Source of the DNA: Adineta vaga
Taxonomy: Eukaryota > Animalia > Rotifera
Assembly (NCBI GenBank): GCA_021613535.1
Contig: CP075493.1
Span: 13,144,001 to 13,208,000, forward strand
Reading direction: 5' to 3'
Length of the DNA: 64,000 nucleotides
In this document: one piece after another, positions 11,384-21,017 of the stretch
Numbering within the stretch: position 1 is the stretch's first letter
Layout of the letters: each line of letters begins with the position of its first letter
Notes under the pieces: model-generated
What the model was told of the DNA's origin: nothing
Database searches by the model: none
The model's input: only the letters and a program-made list of their open reading frames with translations
Translations under genes and position numbers: made by a program

Positions 11384-14300
11384 ATGAAGAACCTATCTTT
11401 ACTGATATTTTTCATATTATTCTATGTTTGCAATACTGGATATTCTATATATCATTCTGATGAATTATCATCAATGAACTATGGTTTTGATTGTCTTTAT
11501 GCTTATTTAACAGATGATGAAGAAAACCGTGATATTTCTTCTGACGTAACTTATCATCTGATTCCTTATTGTCGAAGATTAATTGATAATGAAGAGCAAG
11601 ATCAAGATCCATCGATTTCCTTAGATGATGTATATAAAAGTATAACATTTGAAGATTTATATAAATCTGATGTGACAAGCGAACAATTACTGAATTGGAA
11701 AGCACCAATTGATCTAGTCGAAAATTATATAATAAATCATACAGATCCAATGAAAATGTTTTATAATTGTACCTTACCATGGTTTGGTTCAACATGTCAA
11801 TACAGTTTTGATAATAAATTATCACTATCATTTGGTGAGATTGTTCGATTAAATTTTATTACACGCATAGAACTTTCCGAAGACTTGCCGTCTTCATTCA
11901 ATATTGGTACATGTTATCGATTTTTAACTAATTGTCAATATAAACATGCATTGATGTGTCTTGATTGGCGCGAAATTTGTGATGGAAAATGGGATTGTAG
12001 TAATGGAGAAGATGAAGAATATTGTCGAATATTGGAAATAAATCAATGTTTAGATGGTAATTATCGATGTCATTACAGTGGAGAATGTTTACCAACAACG
12101 TTTGTACGAGATAAACGTAATAATGTCGAGTGTCTCGATGGTACAGACGAAACAGATTATAATATAGAACAAAGGAATACTTTTGGAGCTTTATGTTATA
12201 GAGTTCCAACATTTCGATGTGAAGAAAGAACCAATCGATTTCCATATTCTTTTCAATGTGGTGATGGGCAATATATACCTCCTGAAGAATTTACGAGGCC
12301 TGATATATTCTGTAACAATGGTCGGCATATACAATTAGTATTCTCAGAAAAATCTTCATATTTATATATTCCACAAGAAATCATTGCAGGAATATCTCAA
12401 CCCACATTAAACTCAATTATAGACATTTTAAATCGAACATTAGCAAATTCGAACACGATCTACTCATTGATCTTTTGTGCATCTACTAACAAAGAATGCT
12501 TATCCAAATGGTATTTTAAAGTTGAATTATTTAATGTAAATCCTATATTTCATTTTATTTATCTACCCAATAGTCTAATTGAAGATGCTTTATTTTCTGA
12601 AAAACCTGATTTTATTTGTTTCGATAAAAAAAGTTGTCCTGGATTGATTCAATATGCAACAGATATCGGATTAACAAATGGACTTGTTTGTTGTCGTTCT
12701 ACTAAAATAACTAACGAATCATTGTCCAGTAAAAGAGAAGTACTCGAAGCTATGGACAAATTATTTCATCGCTGTGTAACGACTGGTAATGAAGAATCAT
12801 GTTCTCATTCATCTCTATTTCATTGTCCGTTCTCAATGAAATGTATTTCAAAACATCGTCTCGTTAATGGTATTTCCGATTGCTATTACAACGAAGATGA
12901 AATATTTCCTGCTTGTCAATTGAATGATTCACAACGGTTTATTTGTAAATCTGAACCAAATAAATGTTTATCACCAATAACATTACAAAATGGAAAAAAT
13001 GAATGCAAAGATAAGGAAGATGAAATGAATGAAATTCAACAAAATATCTTCAATGGATATATACCTATGGGTCTTGTGTGTGATGGTAATAAGCATATAT
13101 TATTATCGAAAGCAAATGAAACAGATGAAACAAATTGCCAATTTTGGCCATGTAATAATCCTTATACTCGATGTAATAGTTATCGGAATTGTGATGATAG
13201 TTCCGATGAATTGAATTGTCCTCAAATGAGCTATACATTGAGTGATGGTCAATGTCTTAAAACAGTATCGACAGATCTCTTCTGTGAACATACAATGCAT
13301 ATATTGGAAAAATATTTTCAAATTACCATCTTGTATACTGAAAATAATAATTCTTTGTATAACATGACAGATATTAGTACTGCAAAGTGTTTCACAGTGG
13401 CGAATTGTCTTTCTCTACGTCAAGTATGCCAATTTTTCTTAAACAATCTACCGACTCTCTATTTATGTGATGTAGACAATGTAAAATATTGTGTTTGGGA
13501 GCATCTTTATTGGATATCGATCATTCGAACAAACATATGTCCTTTTCGTTTAGACGTTACTGATGATGCTGAACGAACAGGAATGTTTTTGACATCATTA
13601 CAATTGGGTTATTTTCCATCTACATCAATACTATGGTCTAATAAAACAAATTCAAAAATTGAAAAACCAACAAATATTAAACCACCGAAGAAAAGTGAAG
13701 AAAATTGGTATTGTAATCGAGGAATTGTCGTTCGGTTTAACAATGTTAAAACAAAAAAATGTTTATGTCCACCAAGTTACTTCGGTGATCGATGTCACTT
13801 GCAAAATCAACGTATTAGTTTAACACTTCAATTCGAATATCGTACAGATATTTACATGAATACAATTTTTCAAATTATTATCATGCTTATCGATGAACAA
13901 AGACAAATAATACCTTATTATGAACAAATTACATATGTACCAAAAAATGATTGCGGTAGAAAATACAATATTTATTTACTCTATCCAACTAAACCAAAGA
14001 ATCTTTCGGCGAACTATTCAATACATATTGATTTATATAATAAAATCTCCCTAACATATCTAGCAAGTTGGCATCTATCGATACCATTTCAATTTCTACC
14101 TGTTAGTCGAATTGCAAGTCATTTGCTTCTACCAAATACATTAATGACTTCAAAAATATGTCCTTTATCTTGTGGTCAACATGGTCATTGTATTGAATAT
14201 ATCAATAAAAATTTCTCATATTTTTGTCGATGTAATCGAGGATATTCTGGTTTATTATGTGATATTCAACATCATTGTTCTTGTTCATCAGATTCCATTT

Positions 14301-16087
14301 GTCTCTCACCATCGATCTGTATTTGTCCATTGAATAAATTTGGTTCAAAATGTTATTTAAATCATTCGAGTTGTCAAATAAATCCTTGTCAAAATAATGG
14401 TCTATGTGCACCTGTTGATGATCGTATTGGATTAGATAAATTTATTTGTTTATGTAAAGAAAATTTCTATGGATTAACATGTGAATATTATAAGAATCGT
14501 ATTGATATTGAATTTGATAATGATGAAATCAATCTTATGCCATTTATCTATGTTCATTTTATTACAATCAATGAAATTTATGATCATCAACATACAACAG
14601 CTTTAAAAAAGATTCGTATTGGACAAAATATCATTACAATCTATATTAGACATGCATTTCATATTGTATTTATTGAATTAATTGATCATACGTATTATTT
14701 AGTAGTTTTACGAGAGAAATTTATTGAATCGGAACATATTCGAACGAAGGTAATATCAAATCATCGATGTTTAAAGATACATGAATTAATGAATATTACT
14801 TTTTTAAACTCTTCATTTCTACATCGAGTTAAATATTATCCATCATTATGTCAACAAAATTCAAATCTCATGTGTTTTTATGATGAAAGACATATGTGTG
14901 TATGTGATGTCAATCGTTTTTCCAATTGTTTTACATTTAATACTTCATTATCGTATAATTGTCGTGGTGAAAATACATGTGAACATAATGGTCTATGTTT
15001 TCAAGATAATCCAACATGTCCGATACAATCAGTCTGCGCATGTCCCGAATGTTACTATGGTACGAAATGTCAGTTTTCAACGAAAAGTTTCGTTTTTTCA
15101 CTTGATTCAATTCTTGGTTATCATATTCAACAGAATATTTCCATAAATCAACAATTATTTATTATTAAAATAAATCTTTTTATTGTAACATTGATGTTAC
15201 TATTTGGTTTAATCAATAGTGTATTATCAATTGTTACATTTCGTAATAAAAAAATCAATAATATTGGTTGTGGTGTTTATCTTTTAGTTTCATCATGGAA
15301 TTCTTTATTTTTAATTATTTTATTCTATTGGAAATTTTGGCATTTAATTCTATCACAAATGTTAGTTTTAACGAATCGATGGTATTTGAAAATGAATTGT
15401 ATTTTATTAGATATGATTATTAATGTTTTCATTTCAACAAATGATTGGCTTTATGGATGTGTTGCTATTGAACGAGTAGTTACTGTGTATCAAGGTGTGA
15501 AATTTAATCAAATTAAAAGTAAAAAAACAGCAAAATGGATTAGTGTATGTATATTTCTTCTGACAATTTTAACGCATATTCAAGATCCTGTTCATCGTGG
15601 TTTAAATAATGATATTGATAATGATGAACAACGAACTTGGTGTATTGTTCAATATTCTTCATCACTCAACATATTCAATATTTTCATAATTCTTTTTCAT
15701 TTTCTTACACCTTTTTTAATTAATTTAATATCAACATTTCTTATTATTATCTTGATGGCACGTACTCGTTCAATTGCTCAACCTCGATCGACATTTAAAG
15801 AACATGCACGACAACAATTTCATCAATATAAACACCATTTAATTGCCCTATGTGTATTATTATTATTAAGTTTACCACGTCTGATTATTTCATTTATTAG
15901 TGGATGTATGAAATCATCAAGAGTGCCATGGTTGTTTCTTCTTGGCTATTTCATGTCCTTTATACCATCAATGATGACATTTTTTGTATTTGTATTAACA
16001 GCAAAAAGATATAAAGAAGAATTTAATTTAATTGTACAACATACAATTCGACGAATTCGTAGACGATTTCTTCAAAGAAGATTATAA
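11384..16087 (+). CDS. Large intronless GPCR with signal peptide, LDL-receptor class A repeats, EGF-like repeats and a 7TM domain
   Basis: Signal MKNLSLLIFFILFYVC. LDLa motifs (CLDWREICDGKWDCSNGEDEEYC). EGF motifs (CLCPPSYFGDRC, CQINPCQNNGLC...CKENFYGLTC). Seven C-terminal TM segments with AIERV. Confidence 0.9.
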   Translation: MKNLSLLIFFILFYVCNTGYSIYHSDELSSMNYGFDCLYAYLTDDEENRDISSDVTYHLIPYCRRLIDNEEQDQDPSISLDDVYKSITFEDLYKSDVTSEQLLNWKAPIDLVENYIINHTDPMKMFYNCTLPWFGSTCQYSFDNKLSLSFGEIVRLNFITRIELSEDLPSSFNIGTCYRFLTNCQYKHALMCLDWREICDGKWDCSNGEDEEYCRILEINQCLDGNYRCHYSGECLPTTFVRDKRNNVECLDGTDETDYNIEQRNTFGALCYRVPTFRCEERTNRFPYSFQCGDGQYIPPEEFTRPDIFCNNGRHIQLVFSEKSSYLYIPQEIIAGISQPTLNSIIDILNRTLANSNTIYSLIFCASTNKECLSKWYFKVELFNVNPIFHFIYLPNSLIEDALFSEKPDFICFDKKSCPGLIQYATDIGLTNGLVCCRSTKITNESLSSKREVLEAMDKLFHRCVTTGNEESCSHSSLFHCPFSMKCISKHRLVNGISDCYYNEDEIFPACQLNDSQRFICKSEPNKCLSPITLQNGKNECKDKEDEMNEIQQNIFNGYIPMGLVCDGNKHILLSKANETDETNCQFWPCNNPYTRCNSYRNCDDSSDELNCPQMSYTLSDGQCLKTVSTDLFCEHTMHILEKYFQITILYTENNNSLYNMTDISTAKCFTVANCLSLRQVCQFFLNNLPTLYLCDVDNVKYCVWEHLYWISIIRTNICPFRLDVTDDAERTGMFLTSLQLGYFPSTSILWSNKTNSKIEKPTNIKPPKKSEENWYCNRGIVVRFNNVKTKKCLCPPSYFGDRCHLQNQRISLTLQFEYRTDIYMNTIFQIIIMLIDEQRQIIPYYEQITYVPKNDCGRKYNIYLLYPTKPKNLSANYSIHIDLYNKISLTYLASWHLSIPFQFLPVSRIASHLLLPNTLMTSKICPLSCGQHGHCIEYINKNFSYFCRCNRGYSGLLCDIQHHCSCSSDSICLSPSICICPLNKFGSKCYLNHSSCQINPCQNNGLCAPVDDRIGLDKFICLCKENFYGLTCEYYKNRIDIEFDNDEINLMPFIYVHFITINEIYDHQHTTALKKIRIGQNIITIYIRHAFHIVFIELIDHTYYLVVLREKFIESEHIRTKVISNHRCLKIHELMNITFLNSSFLHRVKYYPSLCQQNSNLMCFYDERHMCVCDVNRFSNCFTFNTSLSYNCRGENTCEHNGLCFQDNPTCPIQSVCACPECYYGTKCQFSTKSFVFSLDSILGYHIQQNISINQQLFIIKINLFIVTLMLLFGLINSVLSIVTFRNKKINNIGCGVYLLVSSWNSLFLIILFYWKFWHLILSQMLVLTNRWYLKMNCILLDMIINVFISTNDWLYGCVAIERVVTVYQGVKFNQIKSKKTAKWISVCIFLLTILTHIQDPVHRGLNNDIDNDEQRTWCIVQYSSSLNIFNIFIILFHFLTPFLINLISTFLIIILMARTRSIAQPRSTFKEHARQQFHQYKHHLIALCVLLLLSLPRLIISFISGCMKSSRVPWLFLLGYFMSFIPSMMTFFVFVLTAKRYKEEFNLIVQHTIRRIRRRFLQRRL

Positions 16088-16251
16088 AAGATCGGCATAA
16101 ATATACTTTTTTTGTTTAGTTAGAAATCTCTTATCTTTTTATCAGTATAAAATAAAGTCGTAATTAAATATGTCTTTGTGTAGTTATTTATTAAGAGAGA
16201 AAAAGCAGAGATGAGACTTAATTATATCGAATTTTCTCTTTAATTTCATTA

Positions 16252-16425
16252 TGCTTCTGACTGTGAAAAGAATGATAAGTAAGACGATGTAAAATTGGCG
16301 TGAAAGGAAAAGGAACAATAATTGCCGGCGAAAATCATCTAAATCAGTTAAGTAATTCACACGGATTGTTTGTAGAAATGATCAAGAAAATCGGACGAAT
16401 GAACTGAATAATCCTATGGATTTAT
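16252..16425 (+). pseudogene. Degenerate NHL-repeat fragment paralogous to the NHL exons of the genes at 5708 and 7766
   Basis: TTCTGACTGTGAAAAGAATGATAAGTAAGACGATGTAAAATTGGCGTGAAAGGAAAAGGAACA aligns by eye with 6923-6983 and 8689-8749, with indels and stops. Confidence 0.7.
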
Positions 16426-16569
16426 TGCATCAAAACTTTTCAAATATGATTATAGTATTGACTTCTGCATGGCTAAAATGGAAGTTTTCCTTCATCATTA
16501 GCATAACCTATTTTCATCAACATGATATTGAAAAAACTCTCAGTTCGTAAGAATCATTATAGAAGATTG

Positions 16570-18864
16570 TTATGTAAGTTGTAGGAATTGATTTCCTTTA
16601 TTGATTGCATCTAAATCGTTTTGTGTTTTACCACCATGTTGATTAAGATAGGTTTCTAATTCATTTTTTCGTTTAGAAATTGTTTCTTCAAATGTCTTTT
16701 TTCGTTTGTCTGCTAATGCTTGTACTTTTTCTTGAGCTTCTTCAGTATCCTTCAATAACTTTTGTACAGCTTGTTTTCGTTCTTGATCTGTTTGCATGCC
16801 AAACATTCTTGCTAATCCACTTAACTTATCCATCATAAATTCATTTGAAATATCTACATAGGTACGAGACATTACGTAAAGAATAAAAGTTTGCCGATGA
16901 ATATCCATTGCTTGTCCTTTGAGTAAATCAATGTAGAATAGTCGTTCCGATGGCGTAATATCATCGAGAGATGAAACTTCTTTCATACGATCAACAAATG
17001 GTACTAGAGTTTCCTTTACAGCGATTTGAGTACGAACGGAAATTTCAGAGAAAAATTGAACTAGTTGTCCCCATTGAACTCGAATGTTACCCAGTAGTAA
17101 GATAGCTTCACGTAAAAGATCAATAATTTGTTCATAATTAATCTTTGTCATATCAAGTTGTGAAATTTTAATCATCAAATCTTTCATCTTATTTTCCTGT
17201 TCCAACATTTGTTGAAATAATGCATCTGAACGTTGTTCAGCTTGTTGAAGACGTTGTAATGTTACGGTAACTTTGAATTTTTCATTATCATAATTGCCGA
17301 CATTTGATGAAGAAGGTGATTGTTTTTGTTGTTCTCCGCCCTGTGGTATTGTATCTTCAGCATCGACTTTCGTCGAATTCATTGATTTAGCCGCAACTAA
17401 CGGTTTCAATTGCTCAAGCGAAGTTGTTAGTAGACTGGTAATGTTACTAGCATCTTTCAAATTTGTTACATCGGCAACTGTTTGTAAAATACTATCGACT
17501 TTTTTCGTTAGTTCACTATCATCTTTGACGGTATTCATTATTTTTTTCATTGCATTAAAACCGACTTTATATGACCCAAAATTTTTAGTCAATGATTCAA
17601 TATTTCCATCGGCATTATTTGTTACAGTTTTTAACATTGAATTCGCCTGGTCTGATAACATATTTGCAACAGCCATTGATTGACTTGAAACAATCTTATT
17701 GCTCAAACTGGGAAGAGTATTACTGCCAGAATTGCCAACAGATGCCGCTCCTGCTGCAGCTGCTCCTGCTGGTCCTCCAACAAAAGCACCTACCAAAATT
17801 GGTGCAATATCATCGACCAAATCAACAATTGCTTGTGCAAAATTCTGTAAGATTTTTTCCCAACCAGTTGGCAGATCCTTCAATGCTTTTGTATATGCTG
17901 ATTGTGCTTGTCTTATTTTTTCTTGTGCTTCATTGTACTGTTTTTGGACTTTTTCAATGATCTGTGCTTGATATTGTTGAGCTACACGTGACGCATTAAG
18001 TTCCATTTCAACTTCTTGAACCTTCTGCATATGTACACCTTGTGTTAAAACTGTTATTTCAATGACTTCACCTAATAATTGCATAACATTTATAAATGCA
18101 TCATGTGTATCAGAAGCCAATTTAGAACATTCTTTTCCAATCCGATCGATGTTATTTAATGATGGTATTAAGAGTCTTTCAAGAAGTCTTGGCGAAGATT
18201 GTACTAAGATTTGAAATGAAGTTTTTACATGTTTTGGAATTTGTGCCATGTACAATTGAATTGTGTTCATTGAACTGTGTGCCTTGTTGAAAGCTTCCCA
18301 GCCATCATTAGAAATTTGAATTAGAGTAGCACGATAGGATTGTGGATGACGAATATATTTGAATTTGTAATCATTCACACTGTCCTTGAAAGAAAAGTCG
18401 ATTTTAGTAGAAAGGACAATGAGTTGCCCGAGAATATTGATAGCAACAGGTCCAGCTGAGATAAACCGTTGCCAAGGATAATCAATACCGGTCTGACTTA
18501 GAATTTGTTCATCCATTTCCTGTTTGAATAAACTATCGATATTCGTCGATTCATTAGCTATGAAAAATAAAACTTAGTGGGAATGATACAACCATGTCTT
18601 TCTTACATGTTGAGCGACGGTTTCTATTGTTGATTGGCAATGTCAATGAATTATAAAATGGATTCAATGCAGGATCAGGTGGAAGAAAAACATCTCTCGA
18701 TAAAAGAAATGATTGATCCTTGTTATTACTGACGATTTCAGATGCAGAAATATGCAAATAGAAATTGAATAAAATGGATAGACATATGAAACCTAACGAT
18801 TTCTATTGAAATCAATTACAAAATGTGTAAAAAAAGACTCACCCTTGTGGAATAATAAATTCAT
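16570..18864 (-). CDS. Secreted ~730-aa alpha-helical coiled-coil protein with a propeptide furin site (RNRR) and a central Gly/Ala-rich hydrophobic segment; 3 exons (18864-18843, 18792-18607, 18557-16570)
   Basis: Phase-1 introns 18793-18842 (50 nt) and 18558-18606 (49 nt) give MNLLFHKGFICLSILFNFYLHISASE...NRNRRSTSNESTNIDSLFKQEMDEQI, continuing into the 648-aa ORF. Hydrophobic segment IAPILVGAFVGGPAGAAAAGAASVG lies between long heptad helices. Confidence 0.75.
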
Positions 18865-18995
18865 AGGTAGCTTTATTAATCTAAAAAGCAATAGAGAAGA
18901 GGTAATAAAAATCATTACGATTCCTTAAGTGTTCTCTTTATATAAAGCAAAAAAAGAATAAATATGTATAAAGCTTTTTGAATAGGATGTTGTCT

Positions 18996-20123
18996 TTATT
19001 TCGTGCTATTACAATCGGCACGAGTTAGTAAGGTACTGAATGGCATTTGTGGTAAGGTATTGGCTAGTTGATCTAAACTCTGTTTTACTTGCGTCAACGT
19101 AGCATCACTAATGACATTGACAGATGTATTGACCAACACATTTCCTTTTGTTAATTCCGTATAAATTTCATTCAATGGACTAATCAGTAAATCGAAATTG
19201 ATCAAATTTGCAATCGTCGTGTAAAGAACAGATGATGCATCCCAAATTTTTGAAATATGATCGATAACCCGTTTTAAGTCATAATTGATTGTTGCTGTCG
19301 TATTTTGAACATTGTTAAGAATACTCAAAGCTGATTGTAATTCTTGTAATTGTGTTTGTAACTGTTTTAATGCTGCTTCTAAACTGGATTTCTGAGCTTG
19401 TAAAGACGAGAGTTGTTGACGAACATTATTGACTTGCTGTTGTGCACTTTGTAGCTGTTGTTCCGCATTATGACGTGCATCTTTAGCGTTATCAATTCCA
19501 CCCGAATTTACAACGCTACAAATTGGTTTTTCTATTACTTTATCGATTATCTTTCTTATCGGTTTAAATATTTTACCGATGAGACGTTTTCGTCGTCGTT
19601 TTCCACCTAGACAATTTCGGGCCTTATCAACCTTTTCTTGTGCAATCCGAAGAGCATTTTCAGCATTAGCCAAACCTTGTTGCTTGTCTCTCAGACCTTG
19701 TACAGCTGTATTTAACTGAGCTTGAACACCCTCAATTTCTATTGTTTTCTGTTGGATTTCACCTTGTTTACCAGTAATTTCTCCTTCTTTCGCACTAACA
19801 GCAGCAACAACATCGACAACCTTTTGATCGATTTCTACTCGAAGTTTTTGACTGTCATTAATGGCTTTATTCACTTCATTGTAGAAATTTTGTACAGCAC
19901 AAGTTAAATTCTGAACAAGCTGATTGACGGCGGTTTCATCGTATTTAGTGACATCGATCAAGAGTGGATTTAGAACATTTTCTTGTAGAATTGTATAGGC
20001 AGCTTTGTATGCTGGTACAACGGATTCTGACATTTTCGTTGCATACCATGTTTGGGTAATATCCTGGCATTGGATGATGATACCAATGGAAAATAAGAGT
20101 AGCGTTGTGAGAATAAATTTCAT
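18996..20123 (-). CDS. Secreted 375-aa coiled-coil protein with a Cys-bracketed polybasic furin site followed by an amphipathic cationic helix
   Basis: ATG at 20123 gives signal MKFILTTLLLFSIGIIIQC. Long heptads flank C-LGGKRRRKR-LIGKIFKPIRKIIDKVIEKPI-C (19518-19613). Confidence 0.8.
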   Translation of the reverse strand: MKFILTTLLLFSIGIIIQCQDITQTWYATKMSESVVPAYKAAYTILQENVLNPLLIDVTKYDETAVNQLVQNLTCAVQNFYNEVNKAINDSQKLRVEIDQKVVDVVAAVSAKEGEITGKQGEIQQKTIEIEGVQAQLNTAVQGLRDKQQGLANAENALRIAQEKVDKARNCLGGKRRRKRLIGKIFKPIRKIIDKVIEKPICSVVNSGGIDNAKDARHNAEQQLQSAQQQVNNVRQQLSSLQAQKSSLEAALKQLQTQLQELQSALSILNNVQNTTATINYDLKRVIDHISKIWDASSVLYTTIANLINFDLLISPLNEIYTELTKGNVLVNTSVNVISDATLTQVKQSLDQLANTLPQMPFSTLLTRADCNSTK

Positions 20124-20394
20124 TGTAATGATTGGTGCTCTATGAATGTCAATTGCTGACAATTTATAGATTTTTTAGTTATATATTTATATTTAAATTT
20201 GATTCAATTATCCTGATATTATTCCTGCTCATTTGCATCATATCCTCATTATTATTCTTGCATATTTTAAATAGATTAATGTGGTTAATTATTTTAGAAA
20301 TACTCTATTTTGTTATTTAAGTAGCGATGATAATACTTTTTTTTTCGGAGAAAAATATTGATTTTAGATACTATAAGTCAAAGATTTTGGCTCC

Positions 20395-20625
20395 CTACTC
20401 TCGCACATTCTATATCTTTGGGATGTATCATTGGTTTCATATCATGCTTTATTTATCAAAAAAAGAACCTTGTTAGATTCATTTTTAAAAGCAAAGAAAA
20501 TATTTTGCCATGAGTAACAAAGAAGACAGTATGAAATTTGAAAATTTATTAAATGAAATACATATACATTGTTTTGAATATCACAATGCTCCATATATAT
20601 TTTTATGCATTGGAAAAATTTCATT
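20395..20625 (+). pseudogene. Truncated duplicate of the upstream region and F-box-coding 5' end of the 9312 gene
   Basis: GTATCATTGGTT, AATATTTTGCCATG and ATGAAATTTGAAAATTTATTAAATGAAATACATATACATTGTTTTGAATATC (MKFENLLNEIHIHCFEY) match about 9200-9420. It then frameshifts and similarity stops. Confidence 0.75.
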
Positions 20626-20640
20626 GCCTCTTATATTTCA

Positions 20641-20697
20641 CCAGGGTATGGATTAGGGCAACATATTTACACATCAATTTCACCCACACTCCACCCA
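20641..20697. repeat. Degenerate copy of the GGGTG.../CACCCACAC hairpin element
   Basis: CCAGGGTATGGATTAGGG ... CACCCACACTCCACCC; same layout as 1085-1172. Confidence 0.4.
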
Positions 20698-21017
20698 TTT
20701 TCACTATACTCATACTGTTATCAGCAAAATAAAAAAGAATTGAAAACGAGAGAAGAAAATCTGCAGTCGAAAAAAATCAACGTGTTATTTTCCGTTCTGT
20801 GAGTTGATAAAAAGGTTTTTTTTTATGGTAATCGTCAATAGAAAAGGTCGTATAGAGTATAGAACAAATATTATTTACTATCGCTCTTTGACTACTCACA
20901 GAGAGAGAGAGAGAGAATGAAATAAATATTGTGGCGCGTGTTCCATGCATACAGGTAACGAAAAGCAGAAGACTTTTTTGGTCTAGTAGATTTATAGCTA
21001 TTCAAAGCCAACTATCA

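Noticed and set aside
17294-17971. Plus-strand ORFs 17294-17683, 17592-17960 and 17699-17971
   Set aside because: Antisense shadows of the 648-aa coiled-coil exon. The same applies to other short antisense or alternate-frame ORFs inside long genes (e.g. 43711-44139, 56544-57023).
20899-20915. (GA)n tract upstream of the second F-box gene
   Set aside because: Short ordinary microsatellite; no function can be supported.
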